Below are positions 31,602-43,723 of a stretch of 64,000 nucleotides of DNA, piece by piece. The DNA comes from Chlorokybus atmophyticus (taxonomy: Eukaryota > Plantae > Mesostigma and Chlorokybus algae). Positions within the stretch are counted from its first letter, which is position 1, and each line of letters starts with the position of its first letter. A model generated the notes under the pieces. The model was given only the letters and a program-made list of their open reading frames with translations. It did no database searches and was not told where the DNA came from. Location of the stretch: assembly GCA_009103225.1 (NCBI GenBank), contig RHPI01000008.1:424015-488014 (forward strand), in the 5' to 3' direction. Both the position numbers and the translations under genes were made by a program.

Positions 31602-34083
31602 TCACGGGTCCGTGCTGCTTTCACCCTCGTTATCTACAAGTGCAACCACGACTCCCGCATCCCGGTCTTTATCCTCTGTAGCTCCCAAGCGCAGCAGCTC
31701 GGTGGTGGTTGAATCGTCTTCTGAGGCGAGGAGCTCCTGCCTCATGCATGCCAGCTGGCGCGACACGTCCAAAGCGACCAACCCAAGCTTCTCCTGTACA
31801 GAGAGTTGTTATGCTCGGGCAAGAACACAATTTGCGCGTTATTGTTGCCCATAATGCCAGCAGCGTGTATTGTCTGGCCAAAATTATGTATGTAGTAGGT
31901 TTTGTTGTGATGGATTGGTGTGGTTTATACGCGCGCGTGACCAAGTTGCAATAAGCACGGTAATGTAGTATCTTGACAAACACGGCGTTGACGAATATGT
32001 TTTAGCGACTGTGGCTATGCTTCGTGGCCAAACGACAGCCTTCAATGTGTCCCCAGCTATGCAGATTCTTACCATAGCAGTGCACGTGCAATGGGGAGCT
32101 TACTTGCAACCACACAACACCACGCGCATACCTGCAGCAGCTCCATCTGTTGCAGTCTCTCTGCAAGGCTTGCTAGTTCAAGCGTGAGTTTGCTGGCATC
32201 GCTGTTGACGTCATCATCGTCCCCGTCCTCGTCACCACGATCGAGGTTGAGGTCCACGCCGCTGCCATGGCCAATGCGCCCGTCCAGATCGTCGCACATG
32301 GAGGACTCGTCTTGCGCCACGATGAAACCCTTTTGCAAAGTACACTGTCATGTGAGTCACCAGCTCGCCAAGCACCATCTTCCTACTGCAACGTTGACAC
32401 GTACTTGCATGTCACTTGCGAGCGCCCGCGCCAAGTACTGGTCCATCTCCAAGTCAAAGGCATCATCCCCTTCCTCGTCCTCGTCTTCCGCTTTGTCCTC
32501 CTCTTCCTCTTCCCCGTTGGCGTACGTGTACGCACCTCTACCAGGTCCTTCCAGATCATCATCATCATCCTCTTCCTGCAAGCACTCCAGGGAGGAGTGC
32601 AAGTGTGCCGAGTGCGCGGACAACGTGGCAGACAGCATCCTGGAGGAAAACTAACAGTGAGATTGATTCGTTCACGTCTCAGATGTAACATGTGACAGTT
32701 GTTTACAAGAGTACCCTAGTTGGTCTGTGAGCGTGTCGCGCTTGCGTCTCATCTGAGCCAGCTCGGCCTCCATCGCCTCCACCCGCATGGCTTCCGCCCA
32801 CAGCCGCCCGCCCTCCGCGGCCTCCAGCGGCTCGCCGTGGTTGGCTTCCAGCTCTGCAAGTCATCATACACTCTCAAGAGAAGATGCAAAACGAAAGCAG
32901 AAGCAAGGGAGCAATGGAAGCAACACATCTGCGCACACATGCACAAACAGTCATATGAACACAGTCATGCAGTCCCAAGCATATACACACAGCCACATGC
33001 CCCCTCCCTCCCCCACCCACACACCACATGTATACATGTACACAAGTGCACACGCATATGTACCGGCCAGCAAGGTATCCAAGGCGTCCACGAGGTCCTC
33101 CCGGCTATCGCGCATCAGCACCGCGCGCGCCGTTGCCGCAGCCCAGCCAGGCCCCAGCGCAGCTGTACGTACAGGCACATCTGTTGTTGGTACACATGCA
33201 TGCATGACCTAAATCCACACATTGCCGCAAGCACTTGATACACGTACCTGTGTATTCTCCTTCGGTGCCCTCCTGCCCCGCCCACAATTGCATCCGCCCG
33301 TCCTCTCTGCCTTCACCAACCTGTGCTTGCCTCTGGTGTTGTCCTTCCTGTCCGTCTTCACTCCCACTCCCACTCCCACTCCCAAGTCCACTTCCACTCT
33401 CAATCCCACTCTCACTGTCACTTTCACTCTCATCCTCACTCTTATCCTCACTTTCACTCTCACTCCCGCTCTCGCTCTCATCCTCACTCTCGCTGGGGAC
33501 GCTTGGGGAGGGGATCTCCACGCAAAGGCCCACGTCACTTGCCTTCCTCTTCTCCTTCTCCATCCCCTCAACCTTCTCCTTCTCCTTCTGTTTCTCGTTC
33601 ACATTTGCACTGGTATCGTGTGTGGCTGTAGGGTTGCTGTCGGAGGCTGTGTCCTTGTGGTTATTGTTACTGATACTGCTGCTGTTGTTGGCCACGTCGC
33701 TGGCGGATGCGGTAGTTACTGCATCCATGAATATCGCATGCGGAGGCTCCTTTTCTACCTGTGGCAGGCGCAATGTGACTGTTAACGAACTGGCATACAT
33801 GGTGAAATGCTGCTAGCCAACATGCTGATTGTCGTTGTCATGGCCTGTTTTGTTGTTGCATTGATTGGTCATGTGTGACCGGAGTTTTGTCTGTATCCAG
33901 CGTGAAGTGTTTATGTCCGCTAGCATTTCAGAAAACCTCCCGTTCTTTAGTACGCCATTCCCTGGCCAAGGCTACCAGTACCGTCCTGTTGTTGCGCTTG
34001 TTGTTGATGTGGTAGATGTTCTCGTGACACGCAACTCTGAGTGAGTGACTCTCCAACGTTGAGTTATCTCTCACCTCCGCCAT
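31602..34083 (-). CDS. Hypothetical acidic, Ser/Glu-rich protein with short coiled coils, ~7 exons
   Basis: A consistent GT-AG spliced frame can be built from ATG 34083 through SESEDESES..., ALDTLLA|ELEAN, DQYLARALASDMQ and LTLELASLAERLQQMELLQ|EKLGLVALDVSRQL to TGA 31602. No known motif was recognised. Confidence 0.6.
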
Positions 34084-34379
34084 CTTGAGACAGACACTCC
34101 ACCGCCGCAGCGGCTGCCGCCCCGTGTCTCTCTTCTTACGCCGCCGCCGTGCTGGCTGGAGCCTAACCGTTGCGCTGCTGCGCCCTCACGTGACCCCTTG
34201 GCTCATCACACATCTGATCAGACTGATGTGAAAGGAGGGCCATTACGGAGGGCAAGGCCAACGCGTCATGGTCTATGAGTTATGGCCCATGATTCATGGG
34301 CGATGACACCAACAAGTGAGTGAGTCATGAACCATGACAGTAGTCAAAACACGGAGTGTTCATCTTTGAATGTGTGAAA

Positions 34380-35250
34380 TGCACACAAAAAAGTCTCAGC
34401 CTTTTGCTGCTTCATACAATAACACATTACCATAAGTTAATGCTTATCATATTAAATGCAAATTGACATGTAAGTCTTAGTTTGATTCGCAGGTGATGTA
34501 GAAATATGTTGTGTGATTTAACATTTTGTGCATCAATAATTTGTACAAGATATGACATAATGCATGTATACAATGTGTATATATGTATATAAGCATATAT
34601 ATGTGTATGTATATTACGATACTGTATTTTGCAATGGTAGGCGCCAAAAGCTATGATCGTTTATGCAATGAACTGAACCTTTATTATGATAATGCAAATA
34701 ATGTACATAGTATTCACATTCATGCAAAACGGATAAGCACTTTGATGTCATGGCAACGTTACCGATAAATGATCGCGATATCATTTCGCGATGAAATTTC
34801 AAAAAACGCCGTTTACTTAATTTTACACAATCATATCAAACATATCATTGACATTGAAAAGAAATGCTTATCGTGCGCATGCTATTTGATATATATCTAT
34901 ACTACGCCACCAATGGTTGATCATATAAGTCATTTACTAACTTATTTGATATGCTTTGCATTGTTATTTCATGTGTTGACACTCATTAAGTGTCGTATTG
35001 TTATATTGCATGATATGCATTGCTATGTATGGATAGATTGATACATTTGTGCAATTGTCATAAAAACAGTTACGCAATTGATATTGGCAGTAATGAATGT
35101 ACATTGTCGGCCGTATTGATCAATCGTGCACACAACAATCTCAATTGAAGTTGTGCGCGCAAACATCACATGCCACTGAATGATTTTTGGTCCAAATCAA
35201 TTGAACTTCTGCGCCTCTCATTAAAGCTAAGCTGCATTTGTTATTTGTTT
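34380..35250. other. AT-rich island between two minus-strand genes, possibly a non-autonomous transposon remnant
   Basis: Visibly much more AT-rich than its flanks (not computed). No credible ORF. A palindromic core with TCGCGA twice lies at ~34770-34800. Confidence 0.4.
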
Positions 35251-35897
35251 TGCATAGCTTGTGATGCGTAATGTTCTAATGCCTCCATCTTGGGCTCCAC
35301 AATTGCACACATAATGCCGCGCATTATAGCTATCAGGCTTACATGATCGGTCACAAAACGCATCGACATATGCTTTGTGTTCTTTATTTGCCGCTAAGCA
35401 CGGGTCATGTACCTCGACATGGATGCAACGGATGAAGGAAATCAATGATGGAGTCGTGCACGCGCTTGGACCAAAGATGTGCAACACCGTGTTGCCTTGT
35501 GACTACTATGATTGTGAGTAGTTAATACCGAGCATTGGATTACTTCTCGTCACACCATTAACTCCGAGGAGAAAGCAACCACAATGCGATCCTGATTTCA
35601 TGCGCATGTGTAGTACTGCCAATTGCAACATTCTTGCGCAATTGATCCTAAAAAAGTCCGCAAAGGATAGTGCACAGCCTTACAAGCTGTAATGTGTCTG
35701 AACCTACACTATGAGGAGTATTCTTGACAATGTAGCATCCAAGGATCGGGCCATTGCATAGTGGTCACCCTTGCATTATGTATACGTTGTGTTGTGTAAA
35801 TCAACAACATCTCAATAGGTTTACAGCTGGTATCAGCCACCCTCAATTACGCGTGCAAGGTATAACTCCACATATCACTCTGACAATGCTAGTTGCA

Positions 35898-38800
35898 TTA
35901 TCGCAACAACACTTCACTTTGTTGCGAGGTATGCTTGCTTGCGTCCAAGTTGTTTAATGCTGCCATTTTGGATTGCGCTTTGCCTTGTGGCGTGAACGCT
36001 GTCTCCGCCAGATCAATAGCGCGGCCCAGAGCAGCCGCCTTGTTCACCGTTTCTTCATATTCAGCAGCGGGGTTAGAATCGGCCACAATCCCCGCACCAG
36101 CCTGTTGGACGCATCGCGCATAAGTAGTGTACCGCAATGCAGACTTGGCATATTGCCACGGCTGCACAATCCCCAAGCGTACACAGCTTGTGTGTGGCAT
36201 ACCTGCAAATGGACAACCCACTCTCTCCGCGAGTGTGAGCCGTTGTACGAGTAGATTGTGTCTGCATTAGAGGTGGGAATTACCATGGTGCGCAGCGCCA
36301 GCGCCATGTCCATGCCACCGGTGAACGAGGCCGTGCCGATGCCCCCTCCATAAGGGCCTCTCCTGGTGACTTCCAAGTCATCAATGATCTGCATCGCTCG
36401 CACCTTTGGTGCCCCGCTGATGGTGCCGGCGGGCAGCGCCGCTCGCAGCACATCCCAACAGTCCAGACCATCCTTCAATTGACCTGAAGCACAGATGTGT
36501 CTACGAGCGCTCGTCGAGCATAAGCTGGCGATAGCGTGCTGAAGCGGGTACCTGTGACTGTGGATGATATATGCATGACGTGGGAGTATCGCTCAACGTT
36601 CATCAAAGCTTCTACTTTAACAGTGCCGTCCTTTGCGACACGCCCGACGTCATTGCGCCCAAGGTCTACCAACATAACATGCTCTGCACACTCCTTCTCG
36701 TCTGCCAGGAGCTCCTCCTCAAGGCGCTTATCCTGAAAGTGCCCATGTTGTGTCACACATGCAGAAAATGCAAAACCTTCTGCATTTTCTGCTTGTACTC
36801 GAGCATGCAACAACTGCAGTATGGATGAAACTGTACCTCTTGTGGGGTTGATCCTCGTCGGCGAGTGCCTGCCAACGGCCGGTTGACAACTATGTTGTCC
36901 GCTACACGACACAAGATCTCAGGGCTGGAGGCCACCATGATGCAACCGCGCGCTTGCATGTAGATCATGTATGGAGAAGGGTTAACGATACGCAAAGCCC
37001 TGTAAATCTGGAATGGATCCGCAAATGTGCGGCGCTCAAACCGATGCGACAATACGACCTGCCAAGACACAACAAGTTGGAATGATAAACCCTGGCGTCT
37101 TAATAATGGCTTATGTGGTTACAGTATGCAACAAGTGCTGATGAGCAGTACCTGAAAGATGTCGCCAGCCCGTATGTGCTCTTGAGCCTTGTCAACTGCA
37201 CCCATGTACTGTTCGCGAGTCATCGTGGAATGATGCTCATAGTCGCCGCGCTGTCCGAGCACCAGGTCCACATTGCCAGAAGATAGGTCTGGAGTTGGCG
37301 ATGTTTGCAACAGTGCTGCCAGCTCATCCAAGCTCTCCATCCCATCACTGTACGCATCTAACACAACTCCCGTCAAAATCCCATGCATCAACACCATGTA
37401 CCAACTCAATTTCCATCAGTCACCCACTCTAACATGCACTCTACTCCTGACGACCCACTTAGCTGTATGCATGATGTTGGTATGTCCTCGTAGCCTGATT
37501 TCCCACACATGTTGTACTGCAGGTGTCATGGCATACCTTCTAGTAACTCGAAGTCTTCGGTGAACACCCACTGGACCAGGTAGGCCACTTTGGTGACATG
37601 GTCGAAGACGACAACCCTCTTGTACAAACCCAGATGCAAATCTGGAAGATCTCGATCATCGGGCGGAGCGGCCTCAAAGGGTATTTTGCCTGATTCAACG
37701 TATCGCACGGTGTCATACGCAGTGAAGCCCACCCAGCCACCTGAAAACGCCTATAGAAACCACCAAACAGGATCAGAGGTGCTGCTTGAAATTATTTGTT
37801 TGCCATGCACTTCAATGCACAATAGCATATGATAAACATGCTATTCTCAAACAGGTGTGAGTGCGCATGCAACTCAATGGCTGGAGAAAGCGAGTGACTG
37901 CAATGAACTGCTAGTAAAATGTCCCCTACTGTCCAGTGGCCTCAGTAAGTGGCCGATCATGGAGACGTAAATTCTAACAAGTGCTGATTGTACGGCAATA
38001 AGCACGACCAGTTGAACATACAACAAGCTGTTGTGCGGTGTCACGGAGTGCTACTGAAGTGCACATATGTCAATGCATGTCAACTGCATTGCTTAGCTTT
38101 GTGTAAGTCACGCATGCACTGAAATTCAGTGCTACTAAAGTGCACATATGTCATTGCATGTCAACTGCATTGCTTAGCTTTATTTAAGTCATGCATGCGC
38201 TGAACAACTTCAGTACTACTGAAGTGCACATATGTCAATGCATGTCAACTGCATTGCTGTTGAGCTTAGCTTTATGTAAGTCATGCATGCGCTGAACAAA
38301 GCATCCCGTGACAATGGACCAGTAGCTGTGCATGCTGTGGGGCACTTGTGCAGACACTTGACTTGCAGCACCTACCTGTGGAAGCTCGCCAGTCTGCACT
38401 GCTCGCAAGGCGGACGACAGCCGCACGGGAACTGCCATTGGGTCATCCTCGACAGACCTAACTCGCGTGCGCTTGTAGTGATCGAGAACGGTCACCTGAT
38501 TGCCTTTGGCTACCACTTCAATAGACGGATGCGCACCCACAAAGCTGTATCGACCCTGCTCTACAGCACACGTGATAAGACGAGTGCCGCAAGCTGACTG
38601 TTGTGTACATGCTGTTGTGAGATTTGTCAATGCCCGACTTGTGCAGCAATGATCACGCATAGCGAGACGCAATCGACAATGCCAAACCATCATGGTTTGA
38701 CCATCTGCATGACATAGCCATGCCACATGTAGCAGAAGCAAAATAGCGTCACAATGACGCAGAAACCGTGAATGTATTGCAGTAAAGTCAACTACTACAT

Positions 38801-39421
38801 GAAGCAAGCGGCATGCATGTAAATAAGACATCTGCCATGCAGGAAGGAGGCAGCATGCAGGCACACGCACCGTCTTGTCGCCATCAACGACGGACTCGAG
38901 CAGGAAGGAGGGGGCTTCTCGGTCCTGCTCCTGAACGAGGCAGCGGTAGGCCATTACGGGGGTGAGCTGGTCGGAGAAAATGCGTCGCACGAGCGGTACG
39001 ACATTGCCCTCGCCAGCTCTCCGCTGGAACGCCTCAAACCCTAATTGCAAGGGTTAGCGTTCTGTTGTTGCGACAAACAATCAGGCCAGAGCTTGCACAC
39101 TTTCCACTGCATGTTAACCAGCCGTTTTTGCAATGTGTAATGCGACTTACCAGCCGACGCCGAGCAGCTGCATGGTCCTCGCCGTCCACATGGCTGCGGA
39201 GACACCTGCGGTCTTCCGCCGGCGAGAGAGGAGGCGGTGGCGAGTGGGTCTGAGCTGCTGAACAAAGCGTCTCCATGGAGAAATGCTGCACGCTGCTGCC
39301 TCAACCCCCCGCAACCACCGCGTGTACGCTTCAACCTCCGTTCAACTATACTTACACCAGGTTGCAGAGCCGCAGCAACCGCCCCCGAGGACGACGACAC
39401 CCCAGCCACGGCGGCCGCCAT
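35898..39421 (-). CDS. ASA1: Anthranilate synthase component I (alpha subunit) with N-terminal plastid transit peptide, 10 exons
   Basis: Ala/Ser/Arg-rich leader, then [37 protein letters not shown]|[67 protein letters not shown] and [10 protein letters not shown]. Confidence 0.97.
38048..38299. repeat. Tandem repeat of 3 copies (~81-87 bp) in an ASA intron
   Basis: Units start at 38048, 38129 and 38213 and share GT(G/A)CTACT(G/A)AAGTGCACATATGTCA(A/T)TGCATGTCAACTGCATTGCT. Confidence 0.92.
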
Positions 39422-39908
39422 GGACGCCGCCGCTCACACCGCCCAAACGCCACTGCCCGATAAGCTATCAGAGATAACGGCGCCACTACTGATATCTCTT
39501 GCATTCGACATCGTTTATACCAATTGTCCCGTGAAGGTAACTCAAATTGAAATTGCAGGGTATCAGGACCTTTGTGGTCCTGAGGACGACTTGGTGCGGA
39601 GTCAGCAGTCAAACCCTAACCGATGGATTCGATTCTAGGACGGGTCGGCGGCGACGGGTGGGCGGGCGACCTGGAGGAGGGGATTGAGGTGGTGGACAAG
39701 GAGAACAAGGAGGGGGTTGGTGTGGACGAGAGAGCGTGAAGGTGTTTTAGCTCACGTGGTCGTGGTTGGTGCCCATTGTGATGTGTTTGAAAGGCTGTGT
39801 GGTCGGAGCCGCAGCACAGACGGGCTTCAGCATGGTTGTGCGTAGCCTGGTCTGGTAGACCAGGCTACGCCGTCTCTGTGTGCAAGTGGCGTTTCTTCAG
39901 CAGTACCA
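39422..39908. promoter_or_regulatory. Divergent promoter region between ASA1 and the TBC gene, with telo-box and G-box core
   Basis: Telo-box AAACCCTA at 39611-39618, CACGTG at 39753-39758, and GATAAG/GATATC elements at ~39459-39498. Confidence 0.5.
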
Positions 39909-42736
39909 ATGGCCCAGCTGGTCATGATGGAGGGTCTGCGGCTGGGCCCCTCCACTTCCGCCTCCACCTCAGTGAGGTTAGCCGAGGTATACGATGAGGA
40001 GGAGGGCACGCTTCTCGTCGTCGCTGATATCGCCGAGGAGGCATGCCTCCAGGAGTACGACACGCACGGCTTCTTGCTGCGTCTGACAGCTCAGGTGTTT
40101 GTGCACTTTCACTTAGATCTGCGTGTTCGTGCACCTAGTTGAAGCATCCCGCATTGTTTTGCGCCTTGCTTAATGGGATCCTGATTTCAAGCAAGGAGCT
40201 CCTATGTAGTTCTGGGCTTATCAGGGTGCCAGCGATGGCATGGTCTATGCTAAGCTTACGCCCAGTGTCCAGTGAGATCTGATCTTTTATGAGTTATGAG
40301 CAGTTGATCTCAGCTTCACGGGAATGGCTCTGTGGTCAAGATGTAAACGTCTGTACTGCCTGTGCTGCAGCTGTCATGCATCACCATTGAGAACTACAAA
40401 CCGCAATCTCATGTGTGCTCATTGTGTGTGCACGTGTCATGCACAACATCAGCAGGTCGTCTGCATGCAACCTGACATGTGCCGGGTACAGGAACGCATG
40501 CTTCGGAGGGAATGCGACGCGCGAGCACGGCAACGAGTGTCTGCATGGCGTATTTATTCGGGGCCTTCTGGCATTCCTGAGGGGGCACCTACGGGCGCAT
40601 TCAAACGCCTCATCCGCAAGGGCATTCCAGCACCACTAAGGTTGGTCAGAGGTGCATGGCTATGTGCTGATATGGGCGATAGTGATCTAGTCAGTGGACG
40701 CAGCATAAGCATCTTGTGAAAGAGTTTGCATTCAGCAATCAAGTTGTGGTTGTGTGCAACGGGTAGGTTGCATGGGGTTGCTGTCTCAACATCATCGTAT
40801 GCTTGTGGCTAACAGGCTCAAAGTCTGGATGGTGATCTCTGGAGCTGCTCGCATGAGCGCCATGGCTTCGCCCGTGTACTACGCAGATCTTGCTCAACGA
40901 GGTGAAGCAGATGCCGTTGCAACTTCCGACTGGGAGGCGTCAAAGCAAATTGAAAATGTAGGAACAGGGCAAGATGGTTTAAGATCTGAAGTGCATGCTA
41001 GTACAACTATTTTTTCTTTCGCAGCATCTCAATCGACTTACCACCGATGTGGACATTGCTGCAGGATCTGCGGCGGACATTCCCTGGGCATGCTTGGATC
41101 AATTCAGAAAAAACCCTTTCGGAGTTGCGGCGTGTTCTGCTTGCTTATGCACTACGCAATCCCAAAGTTGGTTACTGCCAGGTGCGCACTCAATATTGTC
41201 GGCAACACAGCAACAATTGCGATGCAAAAATTCAGCGACGCTAAAGCATGTGTGCTGCAGTCAATGAACTTTGTCGCTGCCCTTCTGCTGCTGGTCGCTG
41301 GCGAGGAAGAGGGAGCGTTCTGGCTATTGGCTGCGCTTGTTGAAACAGTCCTGGCCGAGAACACGTACGCCAGAGACCTGCGCGGGACACGAATAGAGCA
41401 GCGTGTGTTGGCAGAGCTGTTGCAAGAAAAAATGCCCAGGTATCGCGCTCAGCTTATGTTTATTGCATATATTCGCAAGCACAGCTTGTGCATGTTTGCT
41501 GTGGTTGTAAATGTGGTTGTAAGCGGCCAGCTGCCGTAGTCGACCACTTGTTCTGCATCAATTCTGTGAGCATTACTTTGCTCCAGTTGCTTTGGTAGTA
41601 ATATATGAATGGCTGTGTGTTTGTGGTTAGCATGTCATCGTCCTAGGACGTGAGGGCTGGCTAGAAGTTGCTGTTTTCAGCACCGCGGTGCAAGTTTTCT
41701 GGCTGTGCAAAGCTGGCCTAAAGTAGCATTCGTAGTTTGGACTCATTGGGTCCATTGTGGCTGAGCAGTCTTCCTTGTGCATTGCACGAGAGCAGGCAGT
41801 TGCTGCGTAGCACAGCGCGTACTGGCACATGTTTGAGCTGATGCTTGGCATGCTTTCAGGTTGGCCCAGCACCTGGAACAAGTGGGCTGCGATATAGCGT
41901 TTGTCTCCACCGAATGGTTTCTCTGCTTGTATTCCAAAAACCTTCCAACCGAGGTCAGTAACATGAACTTGCGGTGGCCAGTGCACTGGTGTGGAGCTTA
42001 GGTTGGGTGTTCAGTATATCATGTCTCAGGTGCAGCTATGCAAATGTTGCTGATTTGGCTAATTTTGCAGACAACCATGCGCGTCTGGGACGTCTTGTTT
42101 AGTGAAGGGTCCAAGGTTTTGTTTAGAGTAGCGCTTGCACTTTTCAAGGTATGGTGGTTACTGCTTTTGTGATTCATGTGCATGTTTCTTGTCAATGCCG
42201 GTTGGTTTTAGTTTGCCAGCTGAACATGGTTTATGCCTCTGACGCCTACAGTTGAATGAGGCGGCGCTGTTGGCCTGCCAACATGTCGGCGACGTCATCA
42301 AGACCCTCAACACTGCTGCACGACGAGCACACGACCGGGACTTATTGTTGAAGGTATGGCCTTGATCGAAGCCAGCAGTGCTGTTCATGTCCTATGCGCA
42401 TGTTCCAATGGTGCCTGACACTGACCCACATCACATGTCCAGACGGCATTTGACACGGTTGGCCACCTGAGCATGTCGGCAATCTGGAAGACGCGGCAGC
42501 GGCAGCAGTCTCAGGTGCTAGCGGAGATGGATGCGCAGGCTGCGCAGAGGCTGATACAGAGGTCTGTCAAGAACGGCCGGGCGTCGATCAACGACCCCGA
42601 TGTCCCGGACTCGTTAGAGATACTTAGCCAGTCCCCGCCCGCGGGCGCACCGAGGACCCGTACTCCAACGCATGCACAACCACCTACGGAGCTCATCGAA
42701 ATGCATGCTGTCAATGCCAACTCGACTCGCTGGTGA
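39909..42736 (+). CDS. TBC-domain Rab GTPase-activating protein
   Basis: Motifs [11 protein letters not shown]|[10 protein letters not shown], Arg finger QIEN|DLRRTFP, Gln finger VGYCQ|[22 protein letters not shown] and [23 protein letters not shown]. Confidence 0.93.
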
Positions 42737-43723
42737 CTCGCACCTGTAACATAGAAGGTTTCTGCACTGCACTGCACTCGCACGACAATTTTGTTGCAGT
42801 GAAGTCAAGTGCGCCAGCGTCTGCTGCTGTGCAATCGTTGGACTTGCTTTGCTTTTAGGATACATCAGACATGGTAGGTTTCCACTGCGTCTCTGGCAGT
42901 GGCAGTTTTATGTACATACAGGGCTAGTAGTAGTTGTTGGTGTTATTATGAGTATGGATCTCATCCACCGAAGTTGGACTTAAACTCTGGCAAAGCCTGT
43001 CTGCACCACAGCTTGCATGCAGCAGAAGGTATTGCAACCAGCAATGCGTAGTTGCGCTGTTGGAGCTACGCAGCGGTTGCCTTGTCACCATGATATGGTT
43101 CTTAGTGTGTCCAGATTACATTGATGCATGCTGCATATGATCGGTCAGCTGCCGGTTCCCTAAAGAAGTGTTTGTTGTGTTACATTTGTAGTAATGACGA
43201 GTCCATAATGGCAAGGTGGGTTGATTATGTCACACAAGCGACCAGGCAAGCATGCTTCATCTGCCCAGCGACCCGCAAATTTCGAGCGAGGATGCGTGAC
43301 TGCAACACGAGCTGAGCCAACACGTTTCCTGCTGCGCCATTGGTCGACTCATTTGTGACACGCACTCAGCTCCTGAACAGTAAATGCCCTTCATGGATCA
43401 CGTGCTCCAAATGACACGCATACTAACTCTCATTCGTGTCACGGGGAAGCTGCCGCACCAACCAGACAGAGTCCACACAGGTTGTTGGTGAGGTCGTGCA
43501 GCAGTGATCAATTTAAATATAGGCTGACATGCACCGCACAATATGTGCGCTATGTAGTGTTGCTACTCTGTGCTGCTAGTGCTATGCTACTAGTAGTATA
43601 ATACTGGTACAGTATTGATAGACGTTCTAAGAATGGGGATTCTACAGTTATGACATATAGGGGTACACTGGAAGGATGCAATGTGTGAACGCATCTGAGT
43701 CCACTCCACTCCTTTCACCAGCA

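Noticed and set aside
38048-38299. CRISPR-like repeat array
   Set aside because: The whole unit is repeated with no unique spacers, the context is a eukaryotic intron, and there are no cas genes.
39037-39045. Telo-box AAACCCTAA
   Set aside because: It coincides with an ASA1 splice acceptor and coding junction (TAG|GGTTT on the minus strand), so it is explained by the gene.
43034-43080. Imperfect hairpin GCAACC...TGCGTAG/CTACGCA...GGTTGC
   Set aside because: The stems are only 6-7 bp and interrupted, which is within chance expectation.
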